A stretch of 64,000 nt of DNA. Origin: Ignavibacteriota bacterium. Lineage in GTDB: Bacteria > Bacteroidota > Ignavibacteria > UBA10030. The notes beneath the pieces are model-generated. The model was given only the letters and a program-made list of their open reading frames with translations, did no database searches and was not told where the DNA came from. Position numbers and translations under genes: made by a program. Of the stretch, positions 18,805-27,857 are shown one piece after another. Location of the stretch: assembly GCA_963701295.1 (NCBI GenBank), contig OY969585.1, positions 2,272,001 through 2,336,000 of the forward strand, in the 5' to 3' direction. Positions within the stretch are counted from its first letter, which is position 1, and each line of letters begins with the position of its first letter.

Positions 18805-21036
18805 ATGCTTAAGATCAAAAATAGGAAAAAGATTTTTTTCTATGCGTTGATGATAATTCTACCCTACCTCGTCTTAGCATTGTTAGAACTTGCATTAAGG
18901 CTATTCTCATTTGGCAATGATTTGAGCCTCTTTGTCCCTCGTTCTGATTCAATGTACTACGAAATCAATCGAAATGTCGGGGAAAGATTTTTTAGCAAAT
19001 ATGAGTATACGACACCACTTTCTGACAAATTTTTAAAAGAGAAGCCAGCCAATGGGTATCGAATTTTCGTTTTGGGAGAATCATCAGTACAAGGGTTTCC
19101 GTACGATGCGAATGTTGCATGTACTAGAATTTTGCAGCGGCGCCTTCAAGATATTTTCCCAAACCGCACTATTGAGGTTGTTAACCTCGGTCTAACTGCA
19201 GTCAATAGTTATACCCTCCTTGATTTTACAGATGAACTTCTACAGCAAAAGCCAGATGCAGTCTTGATATATACTGGGCACAATGAATACTATGGTGCTT
19301 TGGGTGTTGCCTCTATGGAAAACGGGTCAATTCCTCATTGGCTCAAAAAGCTGCATTTGAAGATCATTCATCTAAGGACATATCAATTGCTTCAAAAGTG
19401 TATTGGTAGCATTTATAAACTCATGCATCCAACCACGAAAGATGAAGCTAAAGCAACAATGATGGAAAAAATAGTTGGTAAGAATTTGATCCCGTATAAT
19501 TCAAAATTGTATTTGGAAGGATTGACGCAATTCTCCGATAATATGAGTGCTGTGTTGGGAAAATTGAAAGAAGCACGTATACCTGTCATTATCAGTGACC
19601 TTGTAAGTAACGTAAGAGATTTGCCTCCTTTTTGCTCATTACGATATGAAATGTATCCAAGAGCAGATTCTTTATTTTCCGATGCAAAACGACTTGAAGC
19701 TGATCATTTGTTTGACAAGGCGAAGGAAGAATATATAAGGGCTAAGGATCTTGACGTCATCCGATTCAGGGCACCGGAAGATATCAATAAAATAATTGCT
19801 CATTTTGCTGATTCGCTTGGCGTGTATTCTATCTCGTTAAAATCACTTTTTGAAAAATATTCTCCCCAAGGTATTATCGGAAACAGCTTGATGACCGACC
19901 ATCTCCATCCAAATATTGATGGATTCTTTTTGATGGCTGAAGGTTTTCTTACTGCGCTGAGAGACCATGGGATGATCGAAAATTATTGGGATTCTACGAG
20001 AGTGAAACCATGGACATATTACAGGTACAACTGGGGATTTACCGAACTTGACAGTATGATTGCTGTTATTCGCATAAAGCATTTGAAGGCCGGGTGGCCG
20101 TTTCAACCCGAGACTACAGTAAACAATTTCCGCACTACGTACATACCGAAAGGGATGATAGATTCGTTAGCATTTATCAGTATCATGTATGTAGATGTAA
20201 GCTCGAGTATGGTTCATAAAAAACTTGCTGCCTATTATGAATCAATAGGGGATTTCAAGCGCGCCTCGAAGGAGTATTTATCGTTGGCATATATTTCTCC
20301 ATCAGACGTTGCATCTTATTATTACGCAGCCGATCTCGCGTATAAAGCAAAAGAGTACACCAACGCAATCCGCTATTTACAAGAATCGCCCAACGCTGAT
20401 ACGAGTTTTTATGCCCAATTTACTCTTGCCTCCATTTATTATTCTCAAAAAAATAATATAGAAGCTCTTACATGTATAGACCGATTGCAAAAATTACACT
20501 TGAATGAAAATAGTTATTTGCAGGTTCAGAAACTTAAATACAACGTACTAAAAGATTCTGGTTTTAGTTCCGATGCTGAAAAGACGCTCGCTAATATTAA
20601 AAAAATGGATCCATCTTTTAACGCAGCCAGAGGAGGGAAAAGTCTCGTCATTCTCATTCCCAACAGAATAAAACCTTATTTAGAAAAAGCCGAGACATTG
20701 AGGAAAAATGGACAGTTTTCCGAAGCATTATCTGTCTTGAAAGAAGCCAACACTATTCATGAACTAGCCTACACCAATCTTCTCATTGGGAAATTACTTT
20801 TTTCACAAAAAAATGTCGAAGCCTTATACTACCTGGAGAAAGCCCATAGAGAAATCAAGGACGATCCATCACTGATTTATTGTCTCTGTGCTTTATATAT
20901 AATAAAACGAGACATACCTAAGGCGAAGGAAGCAATTGATGATTTTACGCGGCTCGTAGGGAAAAATCATCCCCAATCTGAACTATTAAAATCTCTGTTT
21001 GAGGAAACAGTTACAGGGGGAAAGAAAAGTCAGTAA
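18805..21036 (+). CDS. Membrane-anchored SGNH/GDSL-family protein with C-terminal TPRs
   Basis: N-terminal TM (LLELALRL). Block I RIFVLGESS, block III YTGHNEYYG, block V DHLHPN. Helical TPR-like C-terminal third. Confidence 0.75.
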   Translation: MLKIKNRKKIFFYALMIILPYLVLALLELALRLFSFGNDLSLFVPRSDSMYYEINRNVGERFFSKYEYTTPLSDKFLKEKPANGYRIFVLGESSVQGFPYDANVACTRILQRRLQDIFPNRTIEVVNLGLTAVNSYTLLDFTDELLQQKPDAVLIYTGHNEYYGALGVASMENGSIPHWLKKLHLKIIHLRTYQLLQKCIGSIYKLMHPTTKDEAKATMMEKIVGKNLIPYNSKLYLEGLTQFSDNMSAVLGKLKEARIPVIISDLVSNVRDLPPFCSLRYEMYPRADSLFSDAKRLEADHLFDKAKEEYIRAKDLDVIRFRAPEDINKIIAHFADSLGVYSISLKSLFEKYSPQGIIGNSLMTDHLHPNIDGFFLMAEGFLTALRDHGMIENYWDSTRVKPWTYYRYNWGFTELDSMIAVIRIKHLKAGWPFQPETTVNNFRTTYIPKGMIDSLAFISIMYVDVSSSMVHKKLAAYYESIGDFKRASKEYLSLAYISPSDVASYYYAADLAYKAKEYTNAIRYLQESPNADTSFYAQFTLASIYYSQKNNIEALTCIDRLQKLHLNENSYLQVQKLKYNVLKDSGFSSDAEKTLANIKKMDPSFNAARGGKSLVILIPNRIKPYLEKAETLRKNGQFSEALSVLKEANTIHELAYTNLLIGKLLFSQKNVEALYYLEKAHREIKDDPSLIYCLCALYIIKRDIPKAKEAIDDFTRLVGKNHPQSELLKSLFEETVTGGKKSQ

Positions 21037-21093
21037 ATAAAGCTAATTCAAGAGAATATAACGATCTAAATAACTTTCACTAGAGGAACATTC

Positions 21094-23532
21094 ATGAAAT
21101 ACGGATATTTTGATGACAAACAAAAAGAGTATGTGATAACACGTCCCGATACACCTTTACCGTGGATCAATTACTTAGGCACCAGCGATTTCTTTGGAAT
21201 CATTTCCAACACGGCAGGAGGATATTGTTTTTATCAAGATGCAAAACTTCGCCGTTTAACACGGTACCGATATAATAATATTCCCATGGATAGCAATGGA
21301 CGCTATCTCTATATCAAAGATGGAGACACAGTTTGGAATCCAATGTGGAAACCCATGCGCGTTCCGCTTGATCACTACGAATGTCGTCATGGTTTGGGAT
21401 ATACGAAGATAACCGGACAAAAAAACGAGCTGGAGGTTTCTTCATTATTTTTTATTCCTTTGGATTCCAGGAATGAAATCTGGCATGTGCAAGTAACAAA
21501 TCGTTCAAAGGTACCAAAGAAAATTCGGTTGTGGAGTTTTGCTGAATGGTGTCTCTGGGATGCTCTCGATGATATGACCAATTTCCAAAGAAATTATTCT
21601 ACCGGACAGGTTGAAGTCGAACATGGGACTATTTTCCATATTACAGAATACAGAGAACGAAGAAATCATTATGCGTATTTTTCTTCGAGCGAAGCTGTTT
21701 CCGGTTACGACAGCAGCCGTGATGCATTTGTAGGTGTGCATCAAGGATTGGATGCGCCAAAAGCTGTACTACAGGGGAGTTGTAAGAATAGTATTGCATA
21801 TGGCTGGCTACCTATCGGTGTTCATCAAATCGATCTGGAGCTGAAACCAGGTGAATCAAAATCTATAAATTTCTTATTAGGATACGCAGAAAACTTGCCT
21901 GAAAAGAAATTTCTTGAAAACGGGAAAATTAGAAAAGATGAATTTGAAGAAGTAAAATCGAAATACTCCAAGACATCGGATGTGCTGGCCGCTTTTCAAA
22001 CGCACAAAGAATATTGGGAAAACTTGTTTTCATCGTATCGGGTTGATGCACCTGACACGGTTGTAAACCGGATGGCAAATATCTGGAACCAATATCAATG
22101 TATGGTTACTTTTAACTTGTCTCGCTCAGCATCTTCATACGAATCCGGAATCGGCAGGGGGATGGGATATCGCGATAGCAATCAAGATATTTTGGGATTC
22201 GTGCACATCTTACCTGCAAGAGCACGTCAGCGGATATTGGATTTAGCGGGAACTCAGCTTTCTGATGGGACTTGTTTCCATCAGTATCAACCGCTCACCA
22301 AGAAAGGAAATGCTGATATAGGTGGTGGATTTAATGATGACCCTCTCTGGCTTATTCTATCCGTTGCAGCATATATCAAAGAAACAGGTGATTATAGTAT
22401 TCTAAGCGAAAAGGCCGGTTTCGCTGATGTTCAGAATTCAAAATCAACGTTGCTTGATCATCTCACTATCTCTCTCCAGTATACGTTAAATCACCGAGGA
22501 CCGCACGGTTTGCCACTTATTGGCCATGCTGACTGGAATGATTGCCTTAATCTGAATTGTTTCTCTACGACACCGGGCGAGAGTTTTCAATTAGCAGGAC
22601 ATATCGAAAATGATAAAGTTGCAGAATCAGTCATGATTGCCGGTTTGTTTTGTAAAGCGTGTGATGAGATGGCGAAAATTTTGAAAAATACAGGAAAACC
22701 TGAGCAAGCCGAAAATTACCTGAAGCAAGCCGAAAATATGAGGAAGACAATTTATGAGCATGGATGGGATGGCGAGTGGTTCCTTAGGGCTTATGATTCT
22801 TATAGCAGAGAACTCGGTTCATCAAAAAATGAAGAAGGCAAAATATTTATTGAAAGCCAGGGCTGGTGTATTTTAGGCGGCGCTGGATTAGAAAATGGTT
22901 ACGCAAAAAAAGCATTAGATAGTGTCCGAAAACATTTAGCGACACCGAATGGAATTGTCTTGCAGCAACCAGCTTTCCAAAAATATTATGAGCACTTAGG
23001 TGAAGTAAGTTCCTATCCGCCTGGATATAAGGAAAATGCCGGTATCTTTACGCATAATAATACTTGGATACAAATTGCTGAGACCATGATTGGCAGGGGA
23101 GATCAGGCCATGGAATATTACATGAGCATTTGCCCTCCGACCAAAGAAGATCAAATAGATATTTACCGTTCCGAGCCTTATGTGTATAGTCAAATGACTG
23201 CTGGCAAAGACGCACCTACGCCGGGTGAAGGCAAAAATTCTTGGCTCACGGGCACGGTGGCTTGGTCGTTCGTAGCTCTTTCTCAGTATATTCTCGGCGT
23301 ACATCCGGATTACAACGGATTAATTATTGATCCTTGCATCCCAAGTTCATGGAAAAAATATAGTGTGGTTCGAAAGTTTAGAAACAGTATTTATACTATT
23401 ACAGTACATAATCCAAAGAACGTTTGTAAAGGCGTGAAGAGTCTGAATTTAGATGGAAAATTGTTGAGCGGTAACTGCATCCCAGATTTGAATGATGGGA
23501 AAACTCATACGGTAGAAGTTGAGCTCGGTTAA
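21094..23532 (+). CDS. GH94 glycoside phosphorylase, most likely cellobiose phosphorylase
   Basis: MKYGYFDD..EYVIT.P.TP.PWINYLG, DAKLRRLTRYRYNN, SRSASSYESGIGRGMGYRDSNQD, catalytic ADWNDCLNL, YPPGYKENAGIF and NSWLTGT. The pattern is closer to cellobiose than chitobiose phosphorylases. Confidence 0.87.
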   Translation: MKYGYFDDKQKEYVITRPDTPLPWINYLGTSDFFGIISNTAGGYCFYQDAKLRRLTRYRYNNIPMDSNGRYLYIKDGDTVWNPMWKPMRVPLDHYECRHGLGYTKITGQKNELEVSSLFFIPLDSRNEIWHVQVTNRSKVPKKIRLWSFAEWCLWDALDDMTNFQRNYSTGQVEVEHGTIFHITEYRERRNHYAYFSSSEAVSGYDSSRDAFVGVHQGLDAPKAVLQGSCKNSIAYGWLPIGVHQIDLELKPGESKSINFLLGYAENLPEKKFLENGKIRKDEFEEVKSKYSKTSDVLAAFQTHKEYWENLFSSYRVDAPDTVVNRMANIWNQYQCMVTFNLSRSASSYESGIGRGMGYRDSNQDILGFVHILPARARQRILDLAGTQLSDGTCFHQYQPLTKKGNADIGGGFNDDPLWLILSVAAYIKETGDYSILSEKAGFADVQNSKSTLLDHLTISLQYTLNHRGPHGLPLIGHADWNDCLNLNCFSTTPGESFQLAGHIENDKVAESVMIAGLFCKACDEMAKILKNTGKPEQAENYLKQAENMRKTIYEHGWDGEWFLRAYDSYSRELGSSKNEEGKIFIESQGWCILGGAGLENGYAKKALDSVRKHLATPNGIVLQQPAFQKYYEHLGEVSSYPPGYKENAGIFTHNNTWIQIAETMIGRGDQAMEYYMSICPPTKEDQIDIYRSEPYVYSQMTAGKDAPTPGEGKNSWLTGTVAWSFVALSQYILGVHPDYNGLIIDPCIPSSWKKYSVVRKFRNSIYTITVHNPKNVCKGVKSLNLDGKLLSGNCIPDLNDGKTHTVEVELG

Positions 23533-23742
23533 ATGAATGGTGAGAATAAGAAGGCGATTAGTAAGAGTATGTATTGTGATGAAAAACACGAATAGCAGTC
23601 AGAAATTGAAACACATTAAGTTTGATGATTTCTATCAGAAAGCAGTGATGGTTCTTTGAGGAGAAAAAGAGTATATTATATTGTATTGTAGAAGATGAAG
23701 TGATTCTTTTTAGAAACTCTTATTAGAGAAAGGATTATTCGT

Positions 23743-25728
23743 ATGAAACTGAAGCAGATACTCTATAAACTTTTATTTCCTCTCATCGGATTAGGAGCAC
23801 TTATTTGGTTTCTTATCCGCGTAATTCCTAAACCAAGCCGTGCTACATATCCTTGTATGCGCGTTGCATACCCGGTAGCCTCCGGTTTTATCATTTATTT
23901 GCTCGGCCTTGCCACGTCAGCTTTCGCAATGGGTAAAGTAAAAGAACATTGGAAGAACTCGCGCTATTGGGCAACGGCTGGCTTTTTTGCGATTGCTCTT
24001 GTTGCAGGATTTTTAACTTTTCAAGCTGATAAACCTGCTGTCTATGCTAATACTTTTAGCGTAAATACTGCAGACACTGCAAATGTGCCTATTGGAGTTG
24101 CAAAAGGAATTTTTCCGGGAAGAGTTGTTTGGGTGCATGATCCTGCCGCAGTGAATCAGAGTTGTACGGTAAATAAACCGGATCATGCTTGGTTTATGAG
24201 CGAGAATATGAATCAGCCAGTTGTCGATAGGATGATATCATCGGCGATTCAAAGTGTCTCCGGAGCAACAAGTGATAGCGCCGCATGGAGATTAATATTC
24301 CAATTTTATAATGCCGGGCACAGCAAGGGAAAAACTAACTATAAAAGTGGTGAAAAAGTTTTTATCAAAATAAATGCAACGAGTGCATGGGGTGGAGAAT
24401 TTAATACATCAGACTTGAGTGTTGTGCAAAATAATTATTACGGTGTTTCCGAAACTTCAGAAGCAACTGTAATGGCAGTTTTGAAGCAGCTCGTTAATGT
24501 TGTAGGTGTTTCACAAAGCGATATTTATATCGGTGACCCGATGAAGCATATCTATAAACATAACTACGATGTATGGCACGATGCGTTTTCCAATGTCCAT
24601 TATCTCGATCATGACAACTATTCAAATTTAGGCAGAGAACAAGTTGTTAAAAGCACTACTGCAATAATTCATTATTCCGATAAGGGCACAGTTTTACTAA
24701 CAAATTCTATGAATCCCGGAGGAAATGGTGTTCCTGTTTATCAGGATTATCTTTACACAATTTTTGAAACTGCAGATTACATATTAAATATTCCTCAAAT
24801 GAAAGGTCACCAGCGTGCCGGAATGACTATGTTTGCAAAGAACCATTTTGGCTCTCAAACACGTGATGACGCTCAGCATCTTCATTGGGGCTTGGTACGT
24901 CCATATGGAACTGCCGATTATAATACAGTAAGGAGCGATTACGGGATGTATCGTGTACAGGTTGATTTGATGACACACAATTTATTAAGCGGCAAGAATC
25001 TTCTCTATATTATGGATGCTTTGTGGGCAACTGATTTCGAACTTGATGTCCCTCTAAAGTGGAAAATGCAGCCGTTTAATAATCAATATACATCATCCAT
25101 CTTTGTATCATTCGATCCGGTTGCAATAGAATCGGTTGGCTACGATTTCCTGAGGAGCGAATTTACCGCCGCTCCGCAAGATCTTTCTGTCCAAATGCCC
25201 GCCGTCGATGATTATCTCCATCAGGCGGCAGATTCAGCCAATTGGCCGGTTGGAATAAAATATGATCCCAATAACACAGGAGTTCATGTCTACAGTCTTG
25301 GTACCCACGAACATTGGAACAACGCGACGAATAGACAATATTCGAGGAATCTCAGCACAACGGGGACCGGTATCGAGTTGATTGAGACAGAACAGACGAA
25401 CACCGGTGTTGCAGATCGTGAAGATAGTCCGGAATATTTCAGAATTTATTCGAACTATCCCAATCCATTCAATCCTAGTACAACGATTGCATATTCATTG
25501 CCCGAAAGATCTTCGGTTGTAGTAACGATCTATGATATTCAGGGACGTCAAATAAAATCATACACATTTAGCGCACAATCGGCGGGGTATCAGAGAGTTG
25601 TATGGAATGGAACAAATGAATGGGGCAACTCAATTGCCAGCGGAGTCTATGTCTATAGAGTGAGAGCTGCATCATTGGAGGATGGAAAGACATTTGATAG
25701 ATCCGCAAAAATGCTGCTGTTGAAATAG
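23743..25728 (+). CDS. DUF362-domain protein with C-terminal T9SS/FlgD-like sorting domain
   Basis: N-terminal WFLIRVIPKPSRATYPCMR, GIFPGRVVWVHDP, IPQMKGHQRAGMTMFAKNHFG, DPVAIESV and C-terminal NYPNPFNPST. Confidence 0.65.
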   Translation: MKLKQILYKLLFPLIGLGALIWFLIRVIPKPSRATYPCMRVAYPVASGFIIYLLGLATSAFAMGKVKEHWKNSRYWATAGFFAIALVAGFLTFQADKPAVYANTFSVNTADTANVPIGVAKGIFPGRVVWVHDPAAVNQSCTVNKPDHAWFMSENMNQPVVDRMISSAIQSVSGATSDSAAWRLIFQFYNAGHSKGKTNYKSGEKVFIKINATSAWGGEFNTSDLSVVQNNYYGVSETSEATVMAVLKQLVNVVGVSQSDIYIGDPMKHIYKHNYDVWHDAFSNVHYLDHDNYSNLGREQVVKSTTAIIHYSDKGTVLLTNSMNPGGNGVPVYQDYLYTIFETADYILNIPQMKGHQRAGMTMFAKNHFGSQTRDDAQHLHWGLVRPYGTADYNTVRSDYGMYRVQVDLMTHNLLSGKNLLYIMDALWATDFELDVPLKWKMQPFNNQYTSSIFVSFDPVAIESVGYDFLRSEFTAAPQDLSVQMPAVDDYLHQAADSANWPVGIKYDPNNTGVHVYSLGTHEHWNNATNRQYSRNLSTTGTGIELIETEQTNTGVADREDSPEYFRIYSNYPNPFNPSTTIAYSLPERSSVVVTIYDIQGRQIKSYTFSAQSAGYQRVVWNGTNEWGNSIASGVYVYRVRAASLEDGKTFDRSAKMLLLK

Positions 25729-25782
25729 TGTCACTGAAACGGCTTTTGAGCTGCGACATTTGAAGAATGTTATTCTCACCTT

Positions 25783-25815
25783 GATTCTTCTCCCGATGTA
25801 CTCGGGAGAAGAATC
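25783..25815. repeat. Perfect 14-bp inverted repeat
   Basis: GATTCTTCTCCCGA-TGTAC-TCGGGAGAAGAATC between two co-oriented genes. No poly-T tail. Confidence 0.7.
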
Positions 25816-25882
25816 TTAGTTAATTCTATAGTTCCGATGTCGAAATCTTCGGTCCAACTCAAAATTTTATCAAAGCTCAGTC

Positions 25883-27520
25883 ATGTTAAAGTATAATCGA
25901 ATGCGAAAGATAAGTATTTTTGCAGCTTGTTTTGGTTTTGCAATTCTCCGCAGTCAGACTCCCACGATCCAAATCGTTTCTAATTACAACCAGTGGGGAT
26001 GGGATACAACAATCGTCATGCAGAATGATTTTATCACAATGGCAACGGTGCCGGCTATCGGCGGTCGTGTGATGCAGTACGATTTGGGAAGTCTTCCATC
26101 TATTATGGTCAACTCGAGTTTACTCGGGCAAACCTATGTGCCTGCTAATAATAGCAATTGGTACAACTTTGGTGGATATAAAACATGGCCGTCGCCTCAG
26201 GGTGTCTGGCCTGGTACATGGCCACCCCCGCCGAAACTCGATTATGGAAAATATGCTTATCAAATCGTTTCCCAGACAGCCGATTCTGTCGCCGCTCTCG
26301 TGACGAGTCCGGTAGAAACATGGGTTGCGCCGAACATTCAGTTCAAGCGGCGAGCGACAATCTTTCCGGGGACAAGCAGGGTCAGGATGGAACAAACCAT
26401 TATTAATACAGGCTCAACGCCTGTAAGCTGGGGCGTGTGGAGTATAATACAGTCGATTGTCAATCATCCGAACAAAACGGATTACCAGAATTACTGGGCA
26501 TATTTCCCGATCAATCCTAATAGTGTTTACGGGTCAAGCGGTGTGAGCCCTCAAGGAGGCAACGCGGCTTGGCAGGGAGAGGTGGCTCCAGGTGTCGGGG
26601 TGTATGGTGTTCAGTTCTATCCGGAAGGTGCAAAAATCTTCGCCGATCCGGACAAAGGCTGGATTGCATATTCTGATAAGTCAGATACAGTTGTGTTTGC
26701 TAGAACTTTTCCCATTTTCGACGGCGAGCAATATCCAGACGATGGCGCCCGAGTTTCTGTGTACGTGAGCAGCAATAGCGCTCCATTGTATATGGAAGTC
26801 GAAGTGAAAGCTCCTGTCGTTGCGCTCGCTGCTTCTGGAGGGAATTATACGTTTACAGAGAATTGGTGGGCTGCCAAAGTTCGAGCACCGGTACTGGATG
26901 TGGATTCCGTTGGTGCGATTGCCGGCAGGTTATCTTACAATTCAAAGGCGCAAAGTTTATCCGCAATCTATGGTGTGTTCTACAAAGGCACGGCTAAGAT
27001 AACGTTTATCAACGCTCAGGGTAAGATTCTAACTGAGGGACAATCACATACAATTACGCCGCTTGAGGAATTTCAGCTTCAGGAAAATGTTGCTATTCCG
27101 GACAGTGCGAAGACGGTTGAAGTTCTTGTCTACAACAACAAAGACGAATTGGCAGGTGTTCTGGAAAGTGCGGATGTTTCGCAGATTACGACTGCCGTCA
27201 GAGCAAAATCCGTTAATGTTGCTTCGGAGTTTTATCTGGCAGCCAATTACCCAAATCCATTTAATCCAAGCACAACAATTGCATATTCATTACCGGCGAA
27301 ATCTTCTGTGGAGATAACGATATATGATATGCTGGGCCGAGAAATAAAATCATTTATGTTTGGAGCGCAATCGGCAGGATATCAAAGAGTTGTATGGAAT
27401 GGAACAAATTCAAATGGGGCATCATTATCCAGCGGTGTCTATGTATATAGAATAAGAGGAATATCGTTGGATGGAGGAAAGACATTTGACGGGTCGGCAA
27501 AGATGTTGTTGCTGAAGTAG
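25883..27520 (+). CDS. Secreted DUF4380-like (galactose-mutarotase-fold-like) protein with T9SS sorting domain
   Basis: Signal peptide. VPAIGGRVMQY, NWYNFGGYKTWPSPQ..W..WPPPP.LD, GWIAY and YMEVEV. C-terminal NYPNPFNPST domain. Confidence 0.6.
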   Translation: MLKYNRMRKISIFAACFGFAILRSQTPTIQIVSNYNQWGWDTTIVMQNDFITMATVPAIGGRVMQYDLGSLPSIMVNSSLLGQTYVPANNSNWYNFGGYKTWPSPQGVWPGTWPPPPKLDYGKYAYQIVSQTADSVAALVTSPVETWVAPNIQFKRRATIFPGTSRVRMEQTIINTGSTPVSWGVWSIIQSIVNHPNKTDYQNYWAYFPINPNSVYGSSGVSPQGGNAAWQGEVAPGVGVYGVQFYPEGAKIFADPDKGWIAYSDKSDTVVFARTFPIFDGEQYPDDGARVSVYVSSNSAPLYMEVEVKAPVVALAASGGNYTFTENWWAAKVRAPVLDVDSVGAIAGRLSYNSKAQSLSAIYGVFYKGTAKITFINAQGKILTEGQSHTITPLEEFQLQENVAIPDSAKTVEVLVYNNKDELAGVLESADVSQITTAVRAKSVNVASEFYLAANYPNPFNPSTTIAYSLPAKSSVEITIYDMLGREIKSFMFGAQSAGYQRVVWNGTNSNGASLSSGVYVYRIRGISLDGGKTFDGSAKMLLLK

Positions 27521-27857
27521 TGGATTTAAAGTGGTTGTTATACTGCGACATACTAAAAATTCTATTCATATTATTATTTAGGCATGTCGAATTTCTAAAT
27601 AGAATTGAAAACGAATTGAGATTAATATAGGAACTCTAAAGTTCTTCATCTAATTTTTTGACAATATTTCACACTGATTTTCCCGTTTTACTCATATAAT
27701 AGAATTTCCACAAATATTTATTGATATGTATGGTCTGCACTGTTTATTCCCCAATTAAAAGACTATATTTTATAATACGAGTGAATATTGTGCGCTCGTT
27801 TTTATTTTTGTGGTGACAAATAAAGTACGCAGTAAAATCAAATAAAAAATAGAGACG

